A stretch of 64,000 nucleotides of DNA from Leptolyngbyaceae cyanobacterium (GTDB lineage: Bacteria; Cyanobacteriota; Cyanobacteriia; Phormidesmidales; Phormidesmidaceae), in NCBI GenBank assembly GCA_050331235.1, contig JBHJHA010000008.1, forward strand, positions 20,581-84,580, in the 5' to 3' direction. Below the pieces are notes generated by a model. It made no database searches, was not told the origin of the DNA, and was given only the letters and a program-made list of their open reading frames with translations. Positions 10,209 through 19,957 of this stretch are shown here, piece by piece (position 1 is the stretch's first letter; the number at the start of each line of letters is the position of its first letter). The position numbers and the translations under genes were made by a program.

Positions 10209-10225
10209 TCTTCTATCAGTAGAAG
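10209..10225. promoter_or_regulatory. Palindromic candidate operator TCTTCTATCAGTAGAAG (copy 2)
   Basis: Identical to 2195-2211; ~145 nt upstream of the CDS at 10370. Confidence 0.5.
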
Positions 10226-10369
10226 GAATGTCTCTATTTCTCTTTCATCTAGAGTAAATAGTAATTAAATGCTAGCAACGACAACAATAGCTTGCAAAGT
10301 CAACTGAGTTTTCTGAAAATATGAAATCTGTATAGTTTTTGAGGATCATCTTATTTAAGAGATCAGTTA

Positions 10370-10855
10370 ATGCCTTTCCTTACTAGCAGATTAGTGAAAA
10401 TTGCCGGACTCACGGTCCTTGCTGCTATATTGAATCTGTTTTTGACTCAATTCAAAACTGTTGCTCAACATCTAGCAGAGATCTCGCAAACTCCGCCCGT
10501 TAGCAATCGTAAAGAGGCAGATGCCTACTTGCCTATGCCTGCTGATACTGTCGAAATTACGCTGGTCAATTCAAGTCTATCTATAGTGTCCTATATGTTG
10601 ACTGAAACTGGCGAATTTGAAACGTTAGGCTCAGATGAGAAAATTACCTTGGAGAGAATTGATACCCCCGCCAGAATAGGGTTTCGCCTATTAGACGGAG
10701 GGCTGACTTATGCTGAAATCCAATCAATATCTGAAGATGGAAATGGTCTAACGGTAGAATTTATGCCTTTGGATCCGGCAACCTTTTACAATAATCCAGA
10801 CTTGATCGCTAGAAGCCTTGTCGTTGACGAGGATGGAGCAATTCACCTTGACTGA
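10370..10855 (+). CDS. Hypothetical exported protein
   Basis: 161 aa with a hydrophobic N-terminus and a beta-rich acidic C-terminal domain. Confidence 0.6.
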   Translation: MPFLTSRLVKIAGLTVLAAILNLFLTQFKTVAQHLAEISQTPPVSNRKEADAYLPMPADTVEITLVNSSLSIVSYMLTETGEFETLGSDEKITLERIDTPARIGFRLLDGGLTYAEIQSISEDGNGLTVEFMPLDPATFYNNPDLIARSLVVDEDGAIHLD

Positions 10856-11291
10856 GACTACAGCCTGCCGGAGGCAGATATCATCTTGCAAGTTAAGCGT
10901 TTTGTTGTCTCTCTAAGTCCGAGGTAGTCAATTGATAATGATGAAGGCAATGGTACATACTTGCCTTCGCCAGCCTTTTACTGAGAATGCGTGATTGATA
11001 GCATCATGTAGCTTGATGAAAAGCCCGCTTTGACTGCTGAACAAAGTCTTTCTGCCCTTTGGTAATCTGGGCTGATCATATTCAAGTACTGTCATATTCA
11101 AAGTAAATATTCTGCCTTTAAGGCTAATATCAGAAAAAGATTCATATTTTTAAGAGTTCCAAGTAGACTTTAATATATTGGTTTATTTTCTCAGTCAGTG
11201 TTGGTCGAGACTCCGCTGACTAGTTCTCCAGTTTTTCTATTTTGACAGCAACTTTAGGCTGTTCTTTTTCCCTAGATTGAGGATTCTCAAT

Positions 11292-12194
11292 ATGAGTGCC
11301 GAGCAACAAATCCATGTCATCTTCAACCCTATTTCAGGACAAGGCGATAGCGGAAGAGAACTGGAAACTTTGGAAAGTTGCCTGGCCGGCGTCGGTAACT
11401 TGGTTGTCCATTTGACATCAGAAGATGTTGACGGCAACATATTAGCTAAACAAGCCCTATCAGAAGGCGCTGATTTGATTGTTGCTTCTGGCGGGGATGG
11501 AACGGTGTCTGGAGTTGCCGCTGCTCTGATCAATACAGACGTCCCCTTGGGAATCATCCCCCGGGGAACAGTGAATGCGTTTGCATCAGCAATGAATATT
11601 CCCGAATCGATCGCGGATGCCTGTGAACTAATCAAACAAGGCCACACTCGCCGGGTTGACACTGCTCGCTGCAATGATCGTAGTTTGTTGCTCCTCGCGA
11701 GTATCGGATTTGAAGCTGACCTGATGGAAGAAACCGACCGAGAAACCAAGAATAAGTATGGCAAACTGGCCATCCTAGTAAATGGCTTAAAGCAGCTGCA
11801 AAATTTACAAGCGTTTGAATTGACCATCGAGATGCGTGACGATAGTCAAGAATTCAACGCATCTGCTGTGGTTGCAGCTAATGCTGCGACTCTAGCAACG
11901 TTCTTGGCTCAGGGACCTGAAGAAGTCGAGGTTTCTGATGGTAACCTCGACGTTACGGTCATTCGCCCCGAGGGACGCTGGGATGCCATCACGAGCGCTG
12001 CTGATTTGTTCTTTTCAGGTCTTTTTAATCGCGCTGCCCAACATGATATGGTGACGCATCTGCGAGCTCCTCAGATAACTATTACTGCCAATCCGGCGCA
12101 AAAAGTCCTGGTTGATGGAGAGCTGGTGGGCAAAACTCCGATCGATATTGAATGCCTGAAGCATTCTTTGATCGTCGTTGTTCCAGAATCTTAG
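11292..12194 (+). CDS. Diacylglycerol/lipid kinase family protein (YegS/BmrU-like)
   Basis: IFNPISG, ASGGDGTV, GIIPRGTVNAFA, VDGE motifs. Confidence 0.9.
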   Translation: MSAEQQIHVIFNPISGQGDSGRELETLESCLAGVGNLVVHLTSEDVDGNILAKQALSEGADLIVASGGDGTVSGVAAALINTDVPLGIIPRGTVNAFASAMNIPESIADACELIKQGHTRRVDTARCNDRSLLLLASIGFEADLMEETDRETKNKYGKLAILVNGLKQLQNLQAFELTIEMRDDSQEFNASAVVAANAATLATFLAQGPEEVEVSDGNLDVTVIRPEGRWDAITSAADLFFSGLFNRAAQHDMVTHLRAPQITITANPAQKVLVDGELVGKTPIDIECLKHSLIVVVPES

Positions 12195-12703
12195 CCAACA
12201 ACTGCAGCGATTGCTCCGATCTCAAGCAGTCCGGGTCTACTCAGCTCAAAAGCTGAGAATTTGGGCCAACCAACGTCGTTATTCATGCGCTCAGGGCTCT
12301 TGATTCTCCCCACAGAGAAGGATGTGCCCTGCCTTGTATACCCACTCAATCAGTCAAAGTCGATCAGTCTATTTTTGAGAAGCTGGTAAAAAGTCTCATT
12401 CGAGTGCCAGCTAAGGAAGATCTAGGGAAAGACTCGGAGAGAAAACGGTTGGAGAATGGCTTTCGACCGCTGATTCCGTATATATTCTGTTGGCTGCTAC
12501 GACTTTGATCGGGCAGCTTGATGGTATTCACAGTCGGCTTTAGACAAACTTAAATGAGTTGTTCGAAATCCGTAATAACCGAAAGTTTTTCTATTAATAA
12601 TCAAGGAATTTTTCCCAACATTTTCCCTCTATAAGTTTAGTCAGGAATCGTCAACGGGAATGCTTTATATGTACTGGATAAGCTAGCGCGATCGGTGATA
12701 TCT

Positions 12704-14158
12704 ATGAAGCCAACAATTTCGCTTGAGTCAGAAGCCTACGCTGTTTCAAAACAGGCATCTCCTCTTTTTTCATCACCTATGGGTCAACCTCAGATGGCCG
12801 CTGCAACCAACCAGTCCAATCCCTAATTGGAAATTGAATTTCCCCTATTTGAAGAAGCCACTCAAACCGCTGCTCGGTTTTTGGACATTCCAGTCAGTTT
12901 TGTCGGTATCTCCGCTCCCGACAGTTTGATTTTGAAGGCCGCTGTGGGGTTATCTCAACTCGGTCTGATGAATCCTTTGGCAAGAACCCGTCGCCTATCG
13001 CTTCAAGATAATTTAGTCAAAGCCATCTTATCCAGTCAACGCAGCTTAGTCTTGGCTGATATCTCTGAGGGGTCTGAGTACGCGACATCATGCTTGGTCA
13101 GTGAGTATGGTATTCGTTCCTATCTTGGCATTCCTTTGTTAACGGCTAAAGGCGAATGCATTGGTATTTTGGCTGCCATGGATACGCAGCCCCGCACGTT
13201 TTCGCCTGAAGCGATCGCCTTTATGGAATTGCTGGCCCGATGGGGTGTCAGTGAATATGAACGCCACCAGCTGGAGTTGACGTTAGCCAATGCGGCCGTT
13301 GCTAAATCCGCATCTTTAGTGGCCCAGGCATCGGTCAATGATGATTCCCTGTTAGACACGGTGCGGTTGACCCTGATGAGTCAACTCACCCAAGACATGC
13401 GCAACCCGTTAACCACGATTACCGGCATGGCCAACATGCTGAGCCGAGAAATTTATGGCTCTCTCACCCCCAAGCAGCGGGAATACGCTGACATCGTGCA
13501 TACGAGCAGCCAGTACCTCCTCAACTTAGCTAACGAGGTGCTTGAGCTCAGCGGTATGGATGCCAGAATGCAGCCGCTGCAGCCGACTTCGGTCGATATT
13601 GATATGGTGGGTCAGCATGTTGAAAGAATGCTAGAGCCTCTCCTGAACGAAAAGAACCAGGAAATTCGCATGACAGTGGAGCCGGGCTCTCGTCTGTGGA
13701 CGCTAGACCGTGATGTGGTGCGCTATTTGATGTATCACTTGCTCTTCAGTATTGTCCGCCTTTCTGGAGAAGGGGGAACTTTGCAGATCCACAGCGCTGA
13801 GCGGAATAAAAGCCTGAATATGAGCGTCAAGCTGTCGCATCCTTGGCTGGGAGATGGCCTGCCTCAATCGGTAGTCAGTTTGTATGAGCGGCTTACGCAT
13901 CCAGATGATGAAGTTGATCTGCTAATGCACTTGCTTGCTCGAGTAACTGGCCGCAACGATACCATACCCCAAAGCCAAGAGTCGCCACGAGAGTTTCAAA
14001 CGTCGCCTGAAATTCTCCAGTCGCGCGAGACTCTCGCATTATTACTAAGTCGTCATTTGATTGAACGACACGGCGGTAGCCTTGACTTACAGGGATCCGC
14101 AGAGCTGGGGTACCGCTTCTTAATTGTGTTGCCCTTTCTACAAGAAAGCGCTGAGTAA
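12704..14158 (+). CDS. GAF + degenerate HisKA/HATPase protein; in-frame TAA at 12824-12826 (either a disrupted gene or a TTG start at 12827)
   Basis: GAF domain (GIRSYLGIPL...IGILAAMDTQPRTF); H-box reads LTQDMRNPLT; C-terminal LSRHLIERHGGSL; upstream ATG at 12704 is in the same frame. Confidence 0.75.
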
Positions 14159-14206
14159 CTTACCCTGCTTGGTGGAACTGGCGAGTGTCTGCTTGGCAGA
14201 AAATCC

Positions 14207-14878
14207 TTAGGGACGATATTCACTCATAGGCGTCAGGTTGACCTGTTGACGCCATTCGGTGAGCGATCGCGCCCAATGGTCCTCCCACTTTTGCGCTAAA
14301 AATGGGTGAGCAGCAGAGCCCAACCGATACCCAATGGCAATTTGCTCCAGTAGCGGACCGATAGTTTCAGGGGCTTTGAAGACCGCACTGAGCACTCCCC
14401 CCGCGAGCAATACGGCAGACAATGGCCGCCGGGTTTGGGCCAACTCAAATGCCTTGAGACCGAGTTCCCCAGGCACATCTGTATCAAATCCAGCGACTAA
14501 ATGCCAAATGTCATGGGTCTGCCGCATCCGCAATAAAAAGTAGCTGACGTCGTCGTCTACTGATATCGGACGGTAAAAGTCAGCTTCAAAGCCTGATGAT
14601 TTCAAGTAGTGAGCATAGGCATAACCTAGGGACTGCTCAGGCAGTTGCGATAGCACATTCAAATCTGGGGGATCAGTCAGATATCGCTCAGCAAAAATTG
14701 CGGCTACTTCAGGTCGCTCTTTGACAAATTCCACGGCCAAGGTTGTAGCCCGACGATTGCGCAGGCCATCTTCGACATCGTATACCGAGTCAGTTTGACT
14801 GGGATCAATTACCAGCTTGATGGCACCCCGAATCACGCCTAAGAGATCCAGGTCAATTTGACGACCTATCAGTGACAT
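14207..14878 (-). CDS. Coq4-like protein
   Basis: LPEQSLGYAY and RMRQTHDIWH...GELGLKAFE (HDxxH...E metal-binding motif). Confidence 0.85.
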   Translation of the reverse strand: MSLIGRQIDLDLLGVIRGAIKLVIDPSQTDSVYDVEDGLRNRRATTLAVEFVKERPEVAAIFAERYLTDPPDLNVLSQLPEQSLGYAYAHYLKSSGFEADFYRPISVDDDVSYFLLRMRQTHDIWHLVAGFDTDVPGELGLKAFELAQTRRPLSAVLLAGGVLSAVFKAPETIGPLLEQIAIGYRLGSAAHPFLAQKWEDHWARSLTEWRQQVNLTPMSEYRP

Positions 14879-14983
14879 GACATTCTCCCCCAACCGCAAA
14901 CAGTGCTTGGCCTAAGACGGTCGATTATCCTAGAAACCAGAATGCCGATATCAGCACCCTAGCCATTGACGCTTGCTTGATCT

Positions 14984-15208
14984 CTAGCCGTCAAATTTTT
15001 CGAGTTGGTCAAGACGTAACCAAATATTGGGCGTTGGGACCTGACCAAACATTACCAAGGCATAGTCATCTCGCGTTTCCAAAATTTCCCCCTGGGTTTC
15101 AAACAGGTATGGTGGAAACCGCGTGTCGCTAGCCTGAGCTTCAACGCTATTTTCCAGTTTTTCGCGAATAGCTCTGACGAGGTCGCCGCGCTTGGGAGTA
15201 TCTGCCAT
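14984..15208 (-). CDS. ndhO: NDH-1 complex subunit O
   Basis: [33 protein letters not shown]...[14 protein letters not shown]. Confidence 0.93.
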   Translation of the reverse strand: MADTPKRGDLVRAIREKLENSVEAQASDTRFPPYLFETQGEILETRDDYALVMFGQVPTPNIWLRLDQLEKFDG

Positions 15209-15263
15209 GATGCGATCGCACCTTTATTCAAAATTGTCCGCAATCATTGTAAACCGCTGATCC

Positions 15264-16112
15264 TCATCGCTGACACTGCGGACAAAAGTGAGCCGACCGA
15301 CCGGCCAGTTTGATTCTCCGAATGGGGGTTTCGCAGGTGCGACAGGGCTGGTTTTCGCGGTCGTACACATTAGCAACGCCGCCATAGTTGCCGTTTACTC
15401 CGTGAACATTACGAAAATCACTGAAAGTAGTGCCCCCTTGATTGATCCCGGTTTGCAAAGCAGTGCGAACCGCTCCGTGTAGCCGTTCAATGCGCTTGCG
15501 GCCGAGTCGCGCGCACAAGGTCGTCGGGCGAATTTGACTGAGAAAGAGAGCCTCATCAGCATAGATATTACCTACCCCCGCCACTAACGTTTGATCCAGT
15601 AGGGCATTTTTAACTGGGCGTTGCCGTCCACGGGTCATTTGATATAAGTAATTAGGAGAAAAGCGATCGCTAAACGGCTCTGGACCTAATGTTGCGAGTC
15701 CGCCCATGATTTGTTCTACAGGCAGACCGGGCGGCACCCACCACAGTCGACCAAAAGTCCGCTGATCCACAAATCTCAGCTCAGAGTTGGTCCCCATCTG
15801 CAACCGGACCCGGCAATGCTTAGATACGGGTTCATCGGGTGAGAGCCAGAGCAACTGGCCAGTCATGCGCAAATGTACTCCTAAATGGCCCGCTGCTGTG
15901 CCATCAGCATTGACTAGCGACGCGAGCAAATATTTACCCCGACGGTGCCACATGGTCAGGGTCGTGGCAGTGATGCCCTGCCAAAATGCCTCAAGAGAAT
16001 CGGGGTAGGCAATGCTGCGCGGTAACAGCACTTCCCCACCCCGAATTCGTTGATTGAGTGTAACTTGATTGAGACCCCGACGAACGGTCTCGACCTCAGG
16101 AAGCTCTGGCAC
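15264..16112 (-). CDS. mutM: Formamidopyrimidine-DNA glycosylase
   Basis: N-terminal PELPEVE, HLRMTG, GVGNIYADE, C-terminal zinc finger CRTC...CPQCQ. Confidence 0.97.
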   Translation of the reverse strand: MPELPEVETVRRGLNQVTLNQRIRGGEVLLPRSIAYPDSLEAFWQGITATTLTMWHRRGKYLLASLVNADGTAAGHLGVHLRMTGQLLWLSPDEPVSKHCRVRLQMGTNSELRFVDQRTFGRLWWVPPGLPVEQIMGGLATLGPEPFSDRFSPNYLYQMTRGRQRPVKNALLDQTLVAGVGNIYADEALFLSQIRPTTLCARLGRKRIERLHGAVRTALQTGINQGGTTFSDFRNVHGVNGNYGGVANVYDRENQPCRTCETPIRRIKLAGRSAHFCPQCQR

Positions 16113-16234
16113 AATATCAACAAATCAGTCTGATAAGCGTATGGTAACGCCAATATATCGCTACTCAGAGCTATGGAAGCCTATTGCCTGAGCTCGATAC
16201 GCTGACTCAGGCCCTCAGTCAGCTCACCCGATGA

Positions 16235-16453
16235 CTACTTTTTGGCGGCACTCTTTTTCTTGGGCGCTTCCACTTCAACCAGCTCATCCATGGCAAAGTT
16301 GTTGGTATTGACCCCTGAGTAGTTGACTTTGTCAAAGCGCACCACGACGGGATAGCGGATACCACTTTCATCAACTGTGGCAACTTTGCCAGTTTCCCGA
16401 TACCAGTAAGATTCTTTCCGTAGGATGCGGACGACTGAACCACGCTGAACCAT
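16235..16453 (-). CDS. psaE: Photosystem I subunit IV
   Basis: [18 protein letters not shown]...[21 protein letters not shown]. Confidence 0.98.
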   Translation of the reverse strand: MVQRGSVVRILRKESYWYRETGKVATVDESGIRYPVVVRFDKVNYSGVNTNNFAMDELVEVEAPKKKSAAKK

Positions 16454-16577
16454 AAATATGTCCTCTTGAAAACGAGTTTATAGATAAATGACTCGTTAAT
16501 CAGACTACTACGGAACCCTTGACTTGCCGCCTTTTCAGGTTTAAGTTTTGTTGCCAGCCCCCGTTTGCAAAGGCGTT

Positions 16578-16595
16578 TTTGAAACACTTTGAAAC
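16578..16595 (-). promoter_or_regulatory. HLR1-like (RpaB) direct repeat upstream of psaE
   Basis: Minus strand GTTTCAAA-GT-GTTTCAAA; one mismatch per half-site from (G/T)TTACA(T/A)(T/A)-N2 repeat; photosystem I genes are known HLR1 targets. Confidence 0.55.
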
Positions 16596-16873
16596 AATCG
16601 TAGACTGTCCAGAAGGTAATTCGTCAGTGCCAGATTTGCCGTAGCTAGCGATCGCCTCGCCCCAGCAAATGTTGTGCTTGTGCCTCAATAGTGGGTGCGG
16701 CTGAATAACTGTTTGATATACTCGCTACACTGCGATCTGCTGTTAGCGTCTCAGGCATGGTTGTCGTTCGTTGACGATGCTCTGAGGTGGTTCGACTGGC
16801 TCGGCAGACAGTAAATCCGCAGCGTTTAGTCATTTTTGCTTCGGCACACCGTTAGCAGCAGGGAAGTAAGAAC

Positions 16874-17086
16874 ATGTTCGGGTTTCAGGCTTTAATCGCT
16901 TTAGAATATGCCACAACGTTAAAGACGCTGGTCTATGTGCTCTTTGCCAGCGGCTTTTTGGTCGCTGTCGTGGCGGGGTCTGTCGCCTGGTATAACTCGA
17001 AAAAACCAGCCGGTTGGGAAGGCGCTGAAAAACCTGATTGGGTGCCTAAAGTCGGAGGCGAAGAGGGTGGCAGCAAGGACTCTTAA
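16874..17086 (+). CDS. psb35: Psb35-like small membrane protein
   Basis: Single TM helix followed by GSVAWYNSKKPAGWEGAEKPDWVPKV. Confidence 0.72.
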   Translation: MFGFQALIALEYATTLKTLVYVLFASGFLVAVVAGSVAWYNSKKPAGWEGAEKPDWVPKVGGEEGGSKDS

Positions 17087-17206
17087 TAGCTGGTATAGGT
17101 TGGCATTCTTGTCTTGCTTTTATGCCTTAGGCTGGGTGATGGCTTGGGTTAATGAGCTGAAACCGAACTTGTGTAAGGCAGACTATCGGTTTCTCGACTT
17201 TCAAGA

Positions 17207-17244
17207 CGTGGGGTGGGTTGAGCTGTGTGAAACCCACTGCACTC
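17207..17244. repeat. REP-like palindrome
   Basis: CGTGGGGTGGGTT-GAGCTGTGTGA-AACCCACTGCAC hairpin between convergent ORFs; resembles GTAG-type REP units. Confidence 0.5.
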
Positions 17245-17347
17245 ATTAGTTGGTTAGGCCAGCGCCAGCGTAACCCATACCAATTCACGCTTGGCGATGC
17301 GATAGGAGGCTACCCTTATGTACCCAGAGATACTCAGCCTAGCGTCA

Positions 17348-17473
17348 TTAGCGAGTGCCAGCGCCCCGTGACCGACCAGGTTTGCCCCGACGAGTAGGCT
17401 TAAAGGGCGTTTTATAGCGGTTACGTCGAACGGCTCGGGCCGAAGCATAGCCAATGCGTTGAATGCTCGACAT
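17348..17473 (-). CDS. Small very basic protein, 41 aa
   Basis: MSSIQRIGYASARAVRRNRYKTPFKPTRRGKPGRSRGAGTR*; AGAGGA ribosome-binding site just upstream of the ATG. Confidence 0.5.
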   Translation of the reverse strand: MSSIQRIGYASARAVRRNRYKTPFKPTRRGKPGRSRGAGTR

Positions 17474-17725
17474 ACTGATTCCTCTAGGTTCACAATCTCT
17501 CGCAAGCTTCAGAGGCCATCTTGCCATTTCCGGAAGATTTGAGCAGGTCAAAGGGCCCTAGCGATGATGATGGGCTGCATAAATGGCAGTTTGCCAAACC
17601 CACCGATAATCGCTGGGCAGCGAGGTTGACGGTCCTATCTTCAATGGGTATTTTGCTAAGGTGCTGAGCTGTTGCTAGCTTCCGGCATTCGCGCTCCTAT
17701 TCGCAAAAGGTCTCGCTGGGCAACG

Positions 17726-18412
17726 ATGACAAATTCTTTCCAAGCCTTTCGCGATCGCTTTCCCACGGCCAAGCTCACCAGCGAAATTTTGATGCTGCAG
17801 GGCGAGCACTTTGTCGTCAAAGTTACCCTTGAGACTGACACCCATGGTTGTGCCAGTGGTTTAGCAGCCCACCCAACCGTTGAAGTGGCGGAAGATCGCG
17901 CTCGCCTCCGCGCCCTGCAAGGTGGGGGTTGGCTGGGCGAAACGCTTCCCGCTTCATCCTCCGTCAATAATGACAATACTGAACCATCAAGTAGTCCGCC
18001 AATAACTTCAGTGCCCTCTGCGGTCATGTCTGAACAGTCAACCGCACCTCCCGCAAAGTCACTGCCAAGTCCGCCTCAGCACCAACCGGCTCGAAATCGA
18101 GAGCGGCCCGAAGAATCACCGCCGCTAGCAGTCTCGCCATCCTCGATGCCCTCACCTCCAGCGCCTACTGAAGCAGAGTCGTCAACAGCCCTAGATACCC
18201 CATTAGAGCAAACCCCTCTGACTGAAGCTGAACTACCCTCGCCTATCAACCTCTCCGATGTCATTGCGCAAACCGACATTGAATTGCGTCGATTGGGCTG
18301 GTCGGTCGAGGCCGGTCGGGAGTATTTGGAAAACACCTATCAAAAGCGATCGCGCCACGAACTGTCGGAAGAAGAGCTCATCCAGTTTCTCTGTCACCTC
18401 GAGTCTTTATGA
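17726..18412 (+). CDS. Conserved cyanobacterial hypothetical protein (two small domains joined by a Pro/Ser linker)
   Basis: N-terminal SGLAA..TVEVAEDRARLRAL; C-terminal IAQTDIELRRLGW...YLENTYQKRSRHELSEEEL. Confidence 0.75.
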   Translation: MTNSFQAFRDRFPTAKLTSEILMLQGEHFVVKVTLETDTHGCASGLAAHPTVEVAEDRARLRALQGGGWLGETLPASSSVNNDNTEPSSSPPITSVPSAVMSEQSTAPPAKSLPSPPQHQPARNRERPEESPPLAVSPSSMPSPPAPTEAESSTALDTPLEQTPLTEAELPSPINLSDVIAQTDIELRRLGWSVEAGREYLENTYQKRSRHELSEEELIQFLCHLESL

Positions 18413-18731
18413 CTGGGGCAAACAGTGACAACTGCAGACCTTCAGCACTCTTTGGCAAGTCAGCAAAACGGCAACAGTTTTTGGTTTGCCCGACTTTATG
18501 ATCTCGAATCAGGAAATATTTCAATCGGTTAATAATATTGCGATTCGTAAAGCGGTTGCTACGCTCATCCCCCCTCCTGTTGATAGACTATGGGACAGTA
18601 AATGGCTCAAACCTTCGATAGATAAAGCCTTTCAGGTCATCCTCTAAGGAATGCATAAGGTTTTCTCTATGCCCGTTTGTAGCTAATGATTGCTGCCACT
18701 TTTGGCACCAGGAGCTTGTACTAGAGGACTC

Positions 18732-19808
18732 ATGGTAGATTCCCTTAAAAAGCCTGAATTAGAAGAGATCCGGCCTGGGGTCAAAGCGCCCGCCAAGGAC
18801 ACCATCCTGACCCCTCGGTTCTACACGACTGACTTTGATGAGATGTCCCAAATGGACATCTCTGTGAATGAAGACGAGATGCTCGCAATTCTTCAAGAAT
18901 TTCGCGAGGATTATAACCGTCACCATTTTATTCGAGATGAAGAATTTGAGCAGTCTTGGGAGCATATTGACGGCGAGACTCGTCAGCTGTTCATTGAATT
19001 CTTAGAACGTTCCTGTACGGCAGAGTTTTCGGGATTTCTGCTTTACAAAGAGTTGGGTCGTCGGATCAAAGACAAGAACCCAGTGGTCGCTGAGTGCTTT
19101 AACCTCATGTCGCGGGACGAGGCTCGCCATGCTGGTTTTTTGAATAAGGCGATGTCCGATTTCAACCTGCAGCTCGATTTGGGCTTTTTGACCAAAAGTA
19201 AGAAATACACTTTCTTTAAGCCTAAGTTCATTTTTTATGCGACCTACCTGTCTGAAAAGATTGGCTATTGGCGTTACATCAAGATTTACCGTCACTTAGA
19301 GGCGCATCCCGAAAACCGAATTTATCCGATCTTCCGCTTCTTTGAAAACTGGTGTCAGGACGAGAATCGTCACGGCGACTTCTTCTCTGCATTGATGAAG
19401 TCTCAACCCCAGTTTTTGAATGATTGGCGTGCTCGGCTCTGGTGTCGTTTCTTTTTGCTGTCGGTGTTTGCGACCATGTATCTTAATGACCTCCAGCGCA
19501 AAGATTTCTACGCTGCGATCGGTTTAGATGCCCGCACCTATGACATTGACGTCATTCGCAACACGAATGAAACAGCAGCTCGCGTCTTCCCAGTGATTTT
19601 GAACGTGGACCATCCTGAGTTCTTTAAGGCGCTAGATAAGAGTGCGGCGGCGAACTCGAAGATGGTGGCGGTTGGTCAGGGGAATCAACCTCAGGTATTC
19701 AAGTTCTTGGGTCGCTTGCCTCACATTGCCACCATTGGCTGGCAGATGATTCGGCTTTATTTTATGAAGCCCATCGATGCAGAGCAAATGCGGACGGTGG
19801 TTCGCTAA
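18732..19808 (+). CDS. acsF: Mg-protoporphyrin IX monomethyl ester oxidative cyclase
   Basis: [35 protein letters not shown] and DENRHGD di-iron motifs. Confidence 0.97.
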   Translation: MVDSLKKPELEEIRPGVKAPAKDTILTPRFYTTDFDEMSQMDISVNEDEMLAILQEFREDYNRHHFIRDEEFEQSWEHIDGETRQLFIEFLERSCTAEFSGFLLYKELGRRIKDKNPVVAECFNLMSRDEARHAGFLNKAMSDFNLQLDLGFLTKSKKYTFFKPKFIFYATYLSEKIGYWRYIKIYRHLEAHPENRIYPIFRFFENWCQDENRHGDFFSALMKSQPQFLNDWRARLWCRFFLLSVFATMYLNDLQRKDFYAAIGLDARTYDIDVIRNTNETAARVFPVILNVDHPEFFKALDKSAAANSKMVAVGQGNQPQVFKFLGRLPHIATIGWQMIRLYFMKPIDAEQMRTVVR

Positions 19809-19828
19809 CCACTGACTGGTTTAACGTT

Positions 19829-19858
19829 AGGCCCCGGTTCACCGCCGGGGCTTTTTGC
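19829..19858 (+). terminator. Intrinsic terminator after acsF
   Basis: GGCCCCGG-ttcaccg-CCGGGGCT followed by a T tract. Confidence 0.8.
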
Positions 19859-19957
19859 TGTATAAAAGCGACAGCGATCGCAATTTTCCTGAGCCTTTCC
19901 TGCTCTCAAGTATGAAATGGAGAACCGGGCTGCTCCCATTGTCGTAGTTAAACTCAT

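Noticed and set aside
11077..11105. Short tandem TCATATTCAA(A)GTA duplication
   Set aside because: Only two imperfect copies in AT-rich DNA; no spacer structure, not CRISPR
17250..17650. Possible tmRNA or other structured RNA
   Set aside because: No tRNA-like ends or ANNIV-type tag frame; a small basic ORF explains the region better
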